Shown here one piece after another: positions 50,836 through 63,135 of a DNA stretch of 64,000 nt. Below the pieces are notes generated by a model. That model did no database searches. It was not told where the DNA came from and was given only the letters and a program-made list of their open reading frames with translations. The translations under genes were made by a program, and so were the position numbers. Within the stretch, counting starts at the first letter, position 1. The number at the start of each line of letters is the position of its first letter. Source of the stretch: Octopus sinensis (lineage: Eukaryota); contig NC_043003.1 of assembly GCF_006345805.1 (NCBI RefSeq), positions 30,876,001 through 30,940,000 of the forward strand, written 5' to 3'.

Positions 50836-52378
50836 GTGTTTATGTAAGAAATCATTTTTAGCAGATTCGCAGAATCATTAGAGCATTAGTTAAAATGCTT
50901 TGCAGTTTTTAGTTATGGCTCTTTATGTTCTAAGTTCAAATCCTGCTGCGGTCAACTTTTCTTTTTATTCTTCTAGGGTTGGTGTAATAAAGTACCAATC
51001 AAGTTCTGATATCAATAAATTTGACTATTCATTTCCTCAAATTTATAGTTTTGCAAGAAATATTAATGCTAATTATTATAACAAGTGTATGCAGTGTTTT
51101 AAAACTGTTCTAAATGCCCTCATTCAGTGTTTGAAAATTGCTGAGTTGTAAAGTTATGTTGAGCAACTGTTGTCACATGCAGGAGTGATCCACTTATTGA
51201 CCGACCATCATGTGGGTTGTTTCGCTGCCTTCCTTTGGCAGGGATGGGTAACCAGTTTTCCTCTATTTGATGGCTACAATGAAAGTGGTTGTATTATAGA
51301 TAAGATTGAAAAGACTGAGGACAGACAGATACTTCATTGGCTAAATTCTCACCAACTTGAAAAATTGATGAGTGTTCCATTCACTGAGGATGGTGCAGGT
51401 GAATAGGGAGGTGTTGCCCTCCATTAAATTTACTGAAAGATGAGTGAGAGTGGTAAGCACAGTCTGATTGAATGGGACTCATCTCAACATATATGTGTGT
51501 GCAGGAAAACACAGCTGGGACAGGGCACTTGCCCTTGGTTAGGGTAATCTCGGATCTATGGATTTTCTTGATTGGTACCAGGTGATTGTCATTCTATCAG
51601 GATATCTCAGTTCATTCATTTTGAGCACTGATATTTTTCATGCTTGTATTTTCATAATCGATTCTGTATAAATCTTCACCGATTTTTTTGTTAATTTGTT
51701 TTAGTAGTGTCCACTCATCTATTACTTTGTGTCAAATAAAGATATTGTTATAACTTATCTTCTCCATTTGTAAGATGGCAGGTTGGCAGAATTGTTAGCA
51801 TCTCAGACAAGATTCTTAGTAGCATTTCTTTTGACTCTTTACATTCTGTGTTCAAATTCTGCAGAGGTTTACTTTTCTTTTCATCCTTTTGGGGGTTGAT
51901 AAAATAAGTACCAGTTGAACTCGGGATTAATGTATTTGATTTATTCCTCCCGTAAAGTTGTTGGCTTTGTGCCAAAATTTAAAACAAATTTAGCTGTAAG
52001 TTCATTTATCAACCCTGAAAGGATTAAGAGCAAAGGTGACTTAGGAATTTGGATTCAGAACATAGGGCTAGAAGATATGCTGCTATGAATTTTGTCAGAC
52101 TCGCAAATAATTCTTCCAGCTCACCGTCATTATTTTCTCCACTTAGAGCTTTATCATTATACGGAAGGTGAAGATAGTGCTGAGAACTTCTTACCTGTAA
52201 AGGAAAAAAAAAACCTTCAACATTCCTGCTATTGAGAAGATGAATTTCATCTTCCTGAATATCCAACAAAATAATAATGATAAAAAAATTATATCATAAA
52301 ATCATTTTGAAATTCTGTATTGCCTTCTTATCTTTGTGTTATGAAATTTAAATATAACTTTTTTTTTTTCTAGCAGAC

Positions 52379-52481
52379 ATGGGTCACACATTATCAGAAC
52401 CTGTGACTTCGAAGACTACGTCCAGTTGTGAAAACCATTATGTAAAAGTTGGTTCATCTTGCATGCAAGGATGGCGAATCA
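52379..52481 (+). CDS. PP2C/PPM-family phosphatase (C. elegans ppm-2/T23F11.1, Drosophila Ppm1-like), first conserved coding exon
   Basis: Translates MGHTLSEPVTSKTTSSCENHYVKVGSSCMQGWRI plus 1 nt, matching the PP2C N-terminal MGxxLSxP and motif 1 (SMQGWR). Poly-T acceptor with tandem AG (TAG 52371-73, CAG 52374-76); donor at 52482. Confidence 0.95.
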
Positions 52482-53152
52482 GTATCCTTTTTAAACATTT
52501 TGATTTTATTCTTTCATTCATCACCACAATTGAAGTTACTAAGATATACACATTTACCAGTGCATATGTACACAGTCATTTATACTTTCATCTTCAATAG
52601 CATACATAGATATATACCTTCATACACACACATGCACTATTATAATGAAAGCTAAAAAAAAAAATTATGAAATACAGTTACCCAGTCTTTCCTAGGCATC
52701 CTGTTAATTTATTTTGCATTTTTTAATGATAGAATTCATGCCTATTAATGGTTACAGAAATGCAAATTCCAATGCATCAAGCAACAATGATTCAGATGTT
52801 GGCAGGCAGAAATATTATCCCAATAAAAATTCTTATTAGTGCAATTATTACTATAATAATATCTTTACTGCCTTAACTGATCAAATGCTATTGCTTGTTG
52901 AAAATCACACACATGCACCCCACCAATCATCATCATACATCCGTTTTCCATGCTGGCATGAGTTAGATGGTTTGACTGGAATTGGTAAGCTGGAGCGCTG
53001 CACCAGGCTCCTGTTTGGTTTAGCTTGGTTTCTATGGCTGGATGCCCTTTCTAATGCCAACCATACCACAAAGTGTACAAGGTACCTTTTACATGTTGCT
53101 GGCAGAGGTGTTTTCTCGAGTACAGCAAATTGCCAAAGGTCTCAATCATTTG

Positions 53153-53199
<47 letters not shown>

Positions 53200-55289
53200 T
53201 ATATGGTGAGAGATTTGAGCAAATAGGAGAAATAGGGAAAAAATAGGACTAACTGCATACATATATACATATATAAATTGGCTGTAAAGTTACATAAGTG
53301 AAACTCTTGGCAACTGAGTCACTTCTGTAACTTTCGGAGGAAGTAAGTAAATCGTGATAGACCATTAATGAAAGCCAAACTTAGTCAATCCCATCTTCCA
53401 CTCTTATGTTGGTGACAGCCCTGTGGTTCCACCACAGGGTCTACTTTTGCAACAAGGCTAAATATATGTTTGGTAAACATATGGTGCTAAAGCTGCTTAC
53501 AAAATTTAATCTCACACATACTGCATTGATGCCCTCATACACACACACACACGCATGCACACACCCAATACATTCCATATCAGAAATGCTGTTTTTATGC
53601 CATTCTACTTTTCTTGTGGTAATTGCTGCAGTTTTGTTATTGCTTACTTTTTCTTTTGCTTTTTATTTATTTATTTTTTGATAAAAAAAATTGGTTTCCT
53701 TTCAGGAATTTTCTGTTATTTTCTGTTTCTGTTATTTTTTCATTTCAAATTCTACAGATTTTTTAAAAAATTATTCTTGTTTATAAAATTTTCACCTTTT
53801 CTACTTTTATTTCTTTTCATGAATTTTATTTATCATCATCAATATCATCATCGTCATCATTATTATAATTTTGTTTTTTTCTGTCTGTTATTTGTCATTT
53901 ATTTATTCGTGCTTGGAGGAAATGTATGATTTGATTGTGGCAGGGTCTGTGACTGGATCAATACATTCCTTCAGTTGCATTTCCTCTATCCTTCAGCATC
54001 TTCAGTTACATCGCACCAACCAACTATTCCATCATTGATGTGTTATTGAGAGAGATTGTATTGAGATAGATTCTAGCTAGATTCCCAATGATAACTAGCT
54101 ACTCCTCTACCCTCCCGTATATAACTTTTATTCGTCTGTGACCTACTTGAGGAGGGGTGGAGGTGGTGGAATGCAATCCTTTCTCTTTCCTCCGCTACCT
54201 GTTCACCCATCTCCCTTCCACCTCACTCTTTCTTTTCCCTGAATTTTATCAATATATCTTCGCTCTAATTCTAACAGTTATTGAAGTAATCTAACACACA
54301 CACACACATATATATGTATTGAAAGAGAGAGACATACACACACGTGACCATGTAACCATACACATATTCACACATGCATACTTCTATATGCATATATATT
54401 TGTGTGTGTGTGTGTGTGTGTGTATATATAATGTAAACACACACTCACACAAGTGTAAACATTCTCAGATACACATGCTAATACATATATCTTTAAACAC
54501 CTTCACGTATAGTGATGTTCTTCTAATAGATGATAAGTTAAGATATGCAACAGCAATAACAACATTCAATTATGCATAGACTGATTTCGTATGTTATTTA
54601 ATACTTCTGTTACTATTTTCCTGATATAACATAAAGCATGGCTGTGTAGCTAAGAAGCTTGCTTCCAAACCATGTGGTCTTACGTTCAGTCCCACTGTGT
54701 GGCATCTTGGGCAATTGCCCTCTGCTATTGCTTCAGGCTGACTAAAGCTCTGTTGGTGCATTTGTGTGTGTGTTTGTCCCTCATCACCCCAACCAGTGTT
54801 GGTTTGCTTAAGTTTCTGTAACTTAGCAGTTTGGTGAAAAGCGATGGATAGAATAAGAAACAGGCTTTAAAAGGAGAATCAGTTCTGGGGTTGATATGTT
54901 TCACTCAACCCTTAAAAACAATACCCCAACATGGCTGCTGTCCAATGACCAAAACAAGTAAAAGAGAAAAGATATCAATATTTTCAAATTAATTTTGAAA
55001 ACGATCAAGAATTTGGAGTAATTTAGTAAAAGTGGTTTGACTGGTCTCCATTAGTCTGTATATAAGTATATATTTGCAGGCTTGGGCAAGGGTTCACTTT
55101 TTGAAGACTAGCAGTTGCCCATGAAGTAAGTTTCTCTTCTTTTGTTCAATGGAAAGATTTTCCTTAGAAGCTGATATTGCTTTACACCATTGTTGTTACA
55201 TATGTTCCATCAGGGCTGCAGGAATTCAAAATGCCACTACAAATACTGCATGACATTTAGAAGTAATATGGAGAAATCAAGAGTATTCT

Positions 55290-55490
55290 CCATCATCATA
55301 ATTGTCATCATCATCATTATTATGATTGTTATGTGACAGTTTAATCTCAAGCCTCTGTCAGTCATTAATGACCATAGATGAATGTCATTGTTGTCTGCTC
55401 CGCTGGAACAACATTGTCTGTGACTGAACACTCTGATGTGCAATTGGTAGTTTCTGCCACACAAACTGCACTTGTGAACTTTCCTGATGC
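55290..55490 (-). mobile_element. RTE-BovB-like 3' end (C-terminal zinc-finger relic)
   Basis: Reads HKCSLCGRNYQLHIRVFSHRQCC, then a short tail with (TGA/TAA)n repeats. Confidence 0.6.
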
Positions 55491-55844
55491 AGTTTTAGTT
55501 ATAGTGATAACTTATAACTAGTAACTGTTGCTACTTGTGTGGTGTTGATGTCAAAGGTGAGGCTGGAGTGTTCTCTCTAGTGTTCTCTCTATTTTTATTC
55601 TTACTATAATGCTTCAGATCATCCATGTAGAACAAATGGTTAATTGTTATTTTACTCTCTCTAAAATGATACTCTGCCTTTGCCTTTCTTAATACTAAAC
55701 TGAGGGGGATTAAGCATAATACAAATATTAAAAGAGGTAATGAGAACTGGAAAATTCCTTTCTTGATATTAACTTTCCCTAAGGTTGTATCACTTGAGTG
55801 AATATCTACTTTTCATTTCTTCATGCTATAGCTAATTAACTCTC

Positions 55845-56330
55845 TTATGTTGTCTGCAATATTGAATATATTCAAACATTCACTTATCCATGAGTGTGGA
55901 ATCATGTCTTATATAATAGATCATGTGTTCCCCTTGTCTTCTTCCTGCAACCTTTCTGTTCTTTTGGAAGTAAATTCTGGTGCTCATAAATTTTTTCTGA
56001 GAACATTCCTGTCAACAGCTTCAACACTAATGGTATGCAAGTGACTACTCTTTAACTACTTGTTATATTGTCCATGCTTTTGTGTTTCATTATACTGTTC
56101 CTCTCTAGTCATCTAATTAGGTATGACTCTTCCATTCAGGGAATTCTGAAGTGGTTTTCTCAGTCTCCTATGCAAGCTATTAAATTTCTTTAGCCAGTAC
56201 TCTTGAACTAATTTTGGTCCTGGTCCCTTCCAGTTCAGCATTCATTCTAACGCTTTACTCATTAATTCACTAGTTAGTTTTCAGTCTGGATGCTTCTCAC
56301 CAACTACTTCTTCCCTCACTTTCTTTAACC
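55845..56330 (-). mobile_element. Degenerate R4/Dong-like reverse transcriptase fragment
   Basis: With frameshifts: WKGPGPKLVQEYWLKKF...LLPKEQKGCRKKTRGTHDLLYI...PHSWISECLNIFNIADNI. Confidence 0.7.
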
Positions 56331-56344
56331 ATGCTAAATACCCC

Positions 56345-56905
56345 TCTTTCTTCTTACTGAGTGAAAGAGCAGTGCATACCATCAAAGAGATACTGGGTAT
56401 ATGAAGCCCAATGTACCCATCATGACTACCCGCTTGATGTGGTACACCAGGTACATGCATCACAACCATATGTGTATGACATGATGATCTTATATCAAGA
56501 TAGACAGCACATGACCTTGCAGGTGGGGCCCAGTTAGTATTTTCTTCGGGTTGAGTAGCCATTCTTGTTCAAAAAGTCCCCGAATAAGGGTTGTTTAAGG
56601 ATGTTGAATGAAATATCCATGTTTCCAAAGGTGAATTATTCAAACCCTAAAGAATTCCTCTCAACACATGACTATGATGCTCCCCCACTACTCCTGCTCA
56701 TGATCAGAGATGTACATATTGTTAACCACAAGGGGACATGTTCAACTATTTACGGTCAAACAACTGACAAGCAAATCTGTGGTATTGGGCAGAATATTTG
56801 CTGTAGCCCATCTCTTATTCCAAGATGAAACATGTACATGATAACACTTCCAATTACTTAAGATCAGAAGCTATGGGAGCCAGTGCCTAGTACTGCATTA
56901 GGGCA
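56345..56905 (-). repeat. Dispersed repeat, same family as 32105-32445 and 36345-36510
   Basis: Shared blocks such as GGGGCCCAGTTAG, GGTGAATTATTCAAACCC and CAAACAACTGACAAGCAAATCTGTG. Confidence 0.75.
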
Positions 56906-56931
56906 TTTATTGTTATTATTATTATAATTAA

Positions 56932-57125
56932 GGCAAATGAGCTGGCAGAATTGTTAGCATGCTGGGTGAAATGCCTTGCAGTATTTCATCTGCCACTATG
57001 TTCTACTTTGCCTTTTGTCCTTTCAGGGTCGATAAATTAAGTACCAGTGAAACATTGGAGTTGATGCAAATGACTAGTCCCCTCTCCTGAAATTTCAGGT
57101 CTTGTGCCTATAGTAGAAAGGATTA
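56932..57125 (+). mobile_element. SINE family C
   Basis: GAGCTGGCAGAA head, TTGCCTTT..CCTTTCRGGGTCGATAAATTAAGTACCAG core, (ATT)n tail. Further copies lie near 4945-5340, 10568-10850, 32455-32795, 50860-51065, 51765-52140 and 62505-62675. Confidence 0.75.
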
Positions 57126-57248
57126 TTATTATTATTATTATTTGGTGATTTTTTTCAGAATTGTCCAAGTGTCAGAAAAAATGCATTTGGTTGTTTGTTC
57201 TAATTCTTTACATTCTGAGTTCTTCCAAGGTTGAAACTATCTCTTGCA

Positions 57249-58031
57249 CAGAGTGTCCCAAAAATCACTGATAGGTTTCAATTTTTAATAACTTTACAAA
57301 TAAATGTATGAAATTTTGATACAATATAAAGGACATAATAGAAATTAATATGCATGTGTCAAATTTTGCAGTACCTCAATATCACATATGAAAAATGACA
57401 TCATTTAAATGACAGCCATTTTTGGCTTCGCACACCTGTGCTCTTTGCAAAACTTGCACCATAACATCTCGAGTTTTCAGATCCTACTTCTCTCATTTCC
57501 TTATTGATGTTCTCCTTCAGTTGCACTAGGGTCTCTAGTTTGTTGACGCAAACCCCACTATCTGGGCTAGTCAAGTCTGGGGAATGTGAAGGCCAATTGA
57601 CATTGCTGTAGCAGCAGATTATTCTCTCTTCAAAGCACTACTGTAGCAACTGCATTGTTTCTCTTGCGGTATGAGCAGTTGCCCCATCTTGCCAGAACCA
57701 TGTGTGAGGTCTACTTTGAATGGCTGGGAGCAAAAAAGTCTTAATCATAGAGACCTGAAAGAGAGGGTTTATGTTAACAAACCGGAGACACTGGTGCCAA
57801 TGAAGGAGAACATCAATAGAGAAATCAGTAGTGGGGTCTGAAACTCTTGAGGGTGTTATGGTGTCATTCAAGTGATGTTATTTTTCATATGTAGTGGTGT
57901 TGCAAAATTTGTCTTGTTCATATTAATTTCCATTATGTTCTTTATATTGTATCAAAGTTTCATGCATTTATTTGTAAAGTTAAGGAAGTTATTAAAAATT
58001 GAAACATATCAGTGACTTTTGGGACACCCGG
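57249..58031 (-). mobile_element. Internally deleted Tc1/mariner-superfamily element with ~125 bp TIRs
   Basis: TIRs at 57249-57370 and 57900-58031, flanked CA/TA; internal WFWQDGATAHTARETMQLL and NWPSHSPDLT. Confidence 0.85.
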
Positions 58032-59857
58032 TATATACTTGTTACTAGCCTCAGCTGGCCAACCTCAGTGGGATTTCAACTTTGAATACAAAAGGCCAAA
58101 ACAAAATGGTTAGGTATTTAGTTTTCTCTACCATTTCCATTACTCTACCACTTTCATGATGATTATAGTAATGATAATGATTTTTATTAAAATATTTGCT
58201 GACTTTTGTAACAAACCATTCCTGCTCAAAATAGCATTCAAATCTCCTTTAATAAATTCATGATTGACTTGAAAATAGGAATCATGTTTTTGATAAATAC
58301 TATATTTTAAGGCAATCTGTCTAAAAAAAAAGTTAGGACAATCATCTCTAATATTCTCTGATTGAATAGTAACATTCAGCTAACCCACTCAAAAGATATA
58401 TTGTGTTTGCATGCCATGGCTGTTACTTCATGCATCTGATCTGCTTGCAAAAGGTTTGCTTGATGAGAGAGCTAACTGTATTTTTTCAACAGCAATAACA
58501 AGCACTTTTCATAAACTGCTTAATGCTCTGGATACCAATTACTAAGCGGTCTCCAATAACTGTACATAATTCATTTTGATCTTTCTTCTGACGTGGATAC
58601 AATTGAGCATCTTCCATAATCTCAATCCAGCTCGTCCAGATCAATTTTACTATTGATTTTTATGTCCTTACTCTATCTTGGCATTTAGCGTCTATCAACA
58701 TATCTCTTACTGCTGTCTTTCACTGTAAAATCAACATTTAGTCAGCTTTTAGAGAAACTATTTGTGTATGTGTAGTAACTGTTTGTATTAATTTAAAAGT
58801 GTCAAATAATACATATTTTTGCATGTTTTAAAATCTTTGAAATTTTACTCCATAAATACTCTCATATTACCCTGTTTCTCTCCACTTGCAAAAATGTGTG
58901 CATGCACACTCGCACACATGCAAAAACATACACATTTAAATCCTTCCGTCAATGTCAAGTAACACTTCGATCCCACACTGTTCACTGCCTTTCCAGCTCT
59001 CACTGATTTGTTCAACCACATGTACATACATCTTCTCCGCAAACATGCAAACATGAATAAACTAGATTCTTCCTTTTTACAAGGTCTCATGCACTCACAT
59101 CATGCCTCCTTTATCCATCCTACCTCATATATCCACAAATATTAACAAATTAGGAGTTCCCTCTACTTTCCTCAAGATATATCAGGAATCTCTGTGTATA
59201 TATTTATAGGAAAATTCAGTTTGAATGCTGGATTATATTAAAATTTTGTCTGTTATCTATCTTGTTTTGTAAAGACATTATTGCAGAACAGCTGTCTCTT
59301 GATGTGTTAGATTTTTAATCCTTTTAATTCCTGATTTTTCCAAAATCTACATTAAGAGAGGAAACACTATCAAAACAACATTAACGCTTTTATTACCACA
59401 TGTCTGTTGAAATACACCTCCTTTAATTCATTTAATTTTGAAAATAGGGATTTACTAAAATAACTTTATTATTAAGCAGGTGTTTGGTATATAAATTAAC
59501 ATGAAATTTTGATGGAAGATTTTAATTTAGCTTATTTTAAAACCAAAAGTTTGTATCATATGACTAGGGGCAGTCTCTGGTGAGTTGGGGTCAATAGAGT
59601 TAAGAGAAGGAACAGCACTTACAAGTCTGTCATTAGATCCTTATTGAAGCAAGGTGAAAATATTGTATATCAAAATAGTAATTCAAATTTCTTACTAGAG
59701 CTTAAAGCCAGTTTTTGGTGGTGATGGTGGAATTGGGATCCTAAGTATACTAAATTAATCTCTTCCTCTCTTAAGTGGTGGTTCTATTGTAAATTTCACT
59801 TAAAGAAAATAAAAGCTGAAATAAGATCTAGCAAGACTGGAATTTTAGAGCCTAGAC

Positions 59858-60188
59858 CAGGCCTGGCCAACTTCAATTACATTGCGGGCCACTTTAATCA
59901 CAGAAAGTATTTTGAGGGCTGCTTGTATACTGACAGAATTGAAAGCATTTTGTTTTCTCACGCAATTATTATAACAATGAATGAATGATTGTTCATTCAA
60001 CATGAAATGTTATCACTGCAAAAACAGTAGTATCTTTCTTTTTTACTTCTCATTACAATCTTTAATTTTCGATAAAATTTTTTAAATGTTTGTTTAAATA
60101 AACCCATTTCAAGAAAGTATCAAGTGGGCCGCAAGATAAAAGTCTGCAGGCTGCATGCAGCCCATGGGCCTCAGGTTGGCCAGCCCTG
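59858..60188. mobile_element. hAT (Charlie-like) MITE
   Basis: TIRs CAGGCCTGGCCAAC / GTTGGCCAGCCCTG; 8 bp TSD GCCTAGAC / GCCAAGAC (7 of 8 match). Confidence 0.8.
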
Positions 60189-61670
60189 GCCAAGACAAAT
60201 GAGCCTAAATATTGGACTAGTGTACTACTGCTAAGACTGGCTGATGGCCTTTTTTTTTTTTTGAAGTATTGAAAATTAAGAGATGAGTTAACAATAAGGT
60301 TATAGTTAACAGATTTCAGATATTTGGAGATTAAAAATGTTTCTGTACTTTACATGCATCAGTGGCCTATCATCGTTGTCCTCATTGTTGTTATCATCAT
60401 TGTCATCATCACTATCATTATCATCATTTTACATTTGCTTTCCATGCTAGTAAGTGTTGGATTGTCAGGGTTTGAACCAGTTCTTATTCAGAACTGTTGC
60501 CCTCCTATGTGGGTCAGAGGTTCATGTCTTGCTCATATGTTCCAGCACTTGAAGAAAATAATCATTATCCTTAGGGCAGAAATAAGAGTACCCAGCTCAG
60601 ATCTAACATGGTATTGTATGTCTTTTGGAAAATCTGATACGTAATGATTGAAATGCAATATAGGTGCCGATATCTGGAGAAATCTTTCATGCGTAACGGT
60701 GACATAAATAATTTTAAAATGTTTTATGAACATAAAACTTTGTAAATGCTATATGGATAACATATTTGGCCTCATCAGGGAGACTGATTATCCTTTTCAG
60801 ACATCTGAAATAATTCCAGCAATAAATAACTTCTTACATTTTACAAAACCCAAATGTGTCCTATACTAGGTACACATTAAGTTTACTGTACTCAGTGAAG
60901 TTTAAGTTATGTACTGGATGTGAACAAATCAACTATATCTGGCCTAAAATAATGCTAATTCATTGATCTTGATCTGCTAGAAATAGTAGCTGAATCAAAC
61001 CCCAAATTTGTGGCACGTTTTTTTTCTGTTTTCCTTTTTCCATTTTCCATACTTTTTCTGTTTTGCAACTTACTTGCGGACCTCACTAACATCAGTTGTT
61101 GGAAAAAGGCGCTTAAGATGATTGGTGTCAGGGAGAGCTGTAGGAAACATGTCAAATCTGATGCTGGAGCCTGGTGCAGCCCTGCAGCTCACTAGATCGT
61201 ATCAAACCATCCAACCCATACTTGCATGGAAAATGGGTATTAAATGACAATGGTGATGATGAGTTTAGGTATGCACTAAAAAAAATATAATGTCATGTTA
61301 TATATGAAAACTAAAATACTGTAGTCCAGGTATGGGCTTCAGGAAAAAGGAAAACAATAAGATTATGTAGTCTAGTTATGGGTTATGGTTGAGAAAAAAT
61401 AAGAAGGGATGATTGTGGTTGGAACATGCTTAATCACATGACTACTCAAACAAACAATTGAAGCATGATGTAGCCCTTGGACACATGAAATCCTGTCAAA
61501 CCATTCAGTCCATGCCAGCATGAAACTTGGTCGTTGGATGATGTTGATGATATGTTGTTACTTTGTGATAAGATGTTTTTGTGAAACAGTTTCATTATTT
61601 CCACAACAGTGATTTTCTTGCAGTTTCATTATTTCCACAACAGTGATTTTCCTTAACTAGGTTCTAACAG

Positions 61671-61754
61671 ATATGGAAGATGCGCATACACATTTACTGT
61701 CTTTACCATCAGATAGAGATTGTTGCTATTTTGGAGTTTTTGATGGACATGGAG
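61671..61754 (+). CDS. PP2C/PPM phosphatase, next coding exon
   Basis: Phase-1 join A+AT gives N, then MEDAHTHLLSLPSDRDCCYFGVFDGHG. This restores RxxMED and the metal-binding DGHG motif. Donor G|GTAAGT at 61755. Later exons are outside the window. Confidence 0.95.
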
Positions 61755-61809
61755 GTAAGTTAGAATGCATGAGATACTATTTTGGAATCTTTTCTTTTTT
61801 TTTTTTTTT

Positions 61810-62045
61810 TTCCTTTGACTTGTTTCAGTCATTGAATTGCAGCCATTCTGAGGCATTGCCTTGAAGAGTTTAGTCAAACAAATAGACTCCAGTACTTATT
61901 TTACTGGTCTCTTTTGCCAAACTGTGAGGTTACAAGGCCATAAACAACCCAACACCAGTTGTCAAGCAGTGGTAGAGGATAAAAGAATCAACACACACAT
62001 GTATGTATGTATATCTGTACACACACACACACACACAGTGGGTTT

Positions 62046-62081
<36 letters not shown>

Positions 62082-62200
62082 GGGTTTCTTTCAATTTCTG
62101 TCTACCAGATCCACTCACAAAGCTTTGGTTAGCCTGAGGCTATAGTAGAAGTAGAAGGCTCAAGGTGTCTGCACAGTTGAGCTGAACCCAAGATCACATA
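61810..62200 (-). mobile_element. SINE family A, older copy in the PP2C intron
   Basis: Reverse complement of the family A modules. Other diverged copies lie near 16455-16745, 33350-33740, 54637-54975 and 63785-64000. Confidence 0.7.
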
Positions 62201-62675
62201 GGAAGCAATTTAGGCTCTAAATTCTAATCCTGTAAGATCTGATTTCACATCTTAAAATTTTGGGTAGGGCTGATCTAAATTTACAACTGAGGTTAACTTT
62301 GCTGTTCATCCTTCCTCAGTTGATAAAATAAGTTTGAGTTATGTATTGGAGGTGAACAAATCAACAATATCTGGCCTAAAGTTTTCATCTTTGTTTTTTT
62401 CTTCATCATTCTATGTAAATTGCTACATTTTATGGCTGTCTCTGTATCGTCCTCCCCATCCATTGCTATGGTGGCAAAGAATAGAAGTGATGATAATAAT
62501 AATAATCCTTTCTACTGGAAGCACAAGGTCTCAAATTTGGGGGAAGGGATTAAGTCAGTTACATTGACCGCAGTGCGTAAATGGTACTTGTTTAATCGAC
62601 ACCGAAAGGATGAAAGACAAAGTTGAACTCAGAACGTAGTGGCAGACAAAAGACCGCCAAGCATTTTGCCCAGTG

Positions 62676-63135
62676 AATAATAATAATAATAATAATAATA
62701 ATGGTCATAATAATAATAATGATGATGATAATAATAATAATGGTCATAATAATAATAATAATGGTCATAATAATAATAATAATGGTCATAATAATAATGG
62801 TCATAATAATAATAATAATAACGATGATAATAATAATAATAACGATGATAATAATAATAATAATGGTCATAATAATAATAATGATGATAATAATAATAAT
62901 GGTGATAATAATAATAATGGTCATGATAATAATAATAATGGTCATAATAATAATAATAATGGTCATAATAATAATAATGGTCATAATAATAATAATAATG
63001 GTCATAATAATAATAATAATGGTCATAATAATAATAATGGTCATAATAATAATAATAATGATAATAATAATTAATAATGATAATAATAATTAATAATGAT
63101 AATAATAATAATGATAATAATAATAATAATAATAT
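62676..63135. repeat. (AAT)n array with periodic GGTCAT/GAT interruptions
   Basis: Seen directly; it produces the poly-N/I/Y ORFs. Confidence 0.95.

Larger units (their letters stand above)
52482..61670 (+). other. U12-type (minor spliceosome) GT-AG intron, ~9.2 kb
   Basis: 5' site GTATCCTTT (52482-52490); branch sequence TTTTCCTTAAC (61647-61657) about 14 nt before the CAG; no polypyrimidine tract; reading frame is joined correctly across it. Confidence 0.9.

Noticed and set aside
53419-53439. Perfect 8 bp hairpin CCCTGTGG/CCACAGGG in the U12 intron
   Set aside because: A single short stem is expected by chance in 64 kb, and there is no supporting motif.
58440-58740. Possible Gypsy integrase relic on the minus strand
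   Set aside because: The resemblance is too degraded to support by eye; it needs a profile-HMM search.
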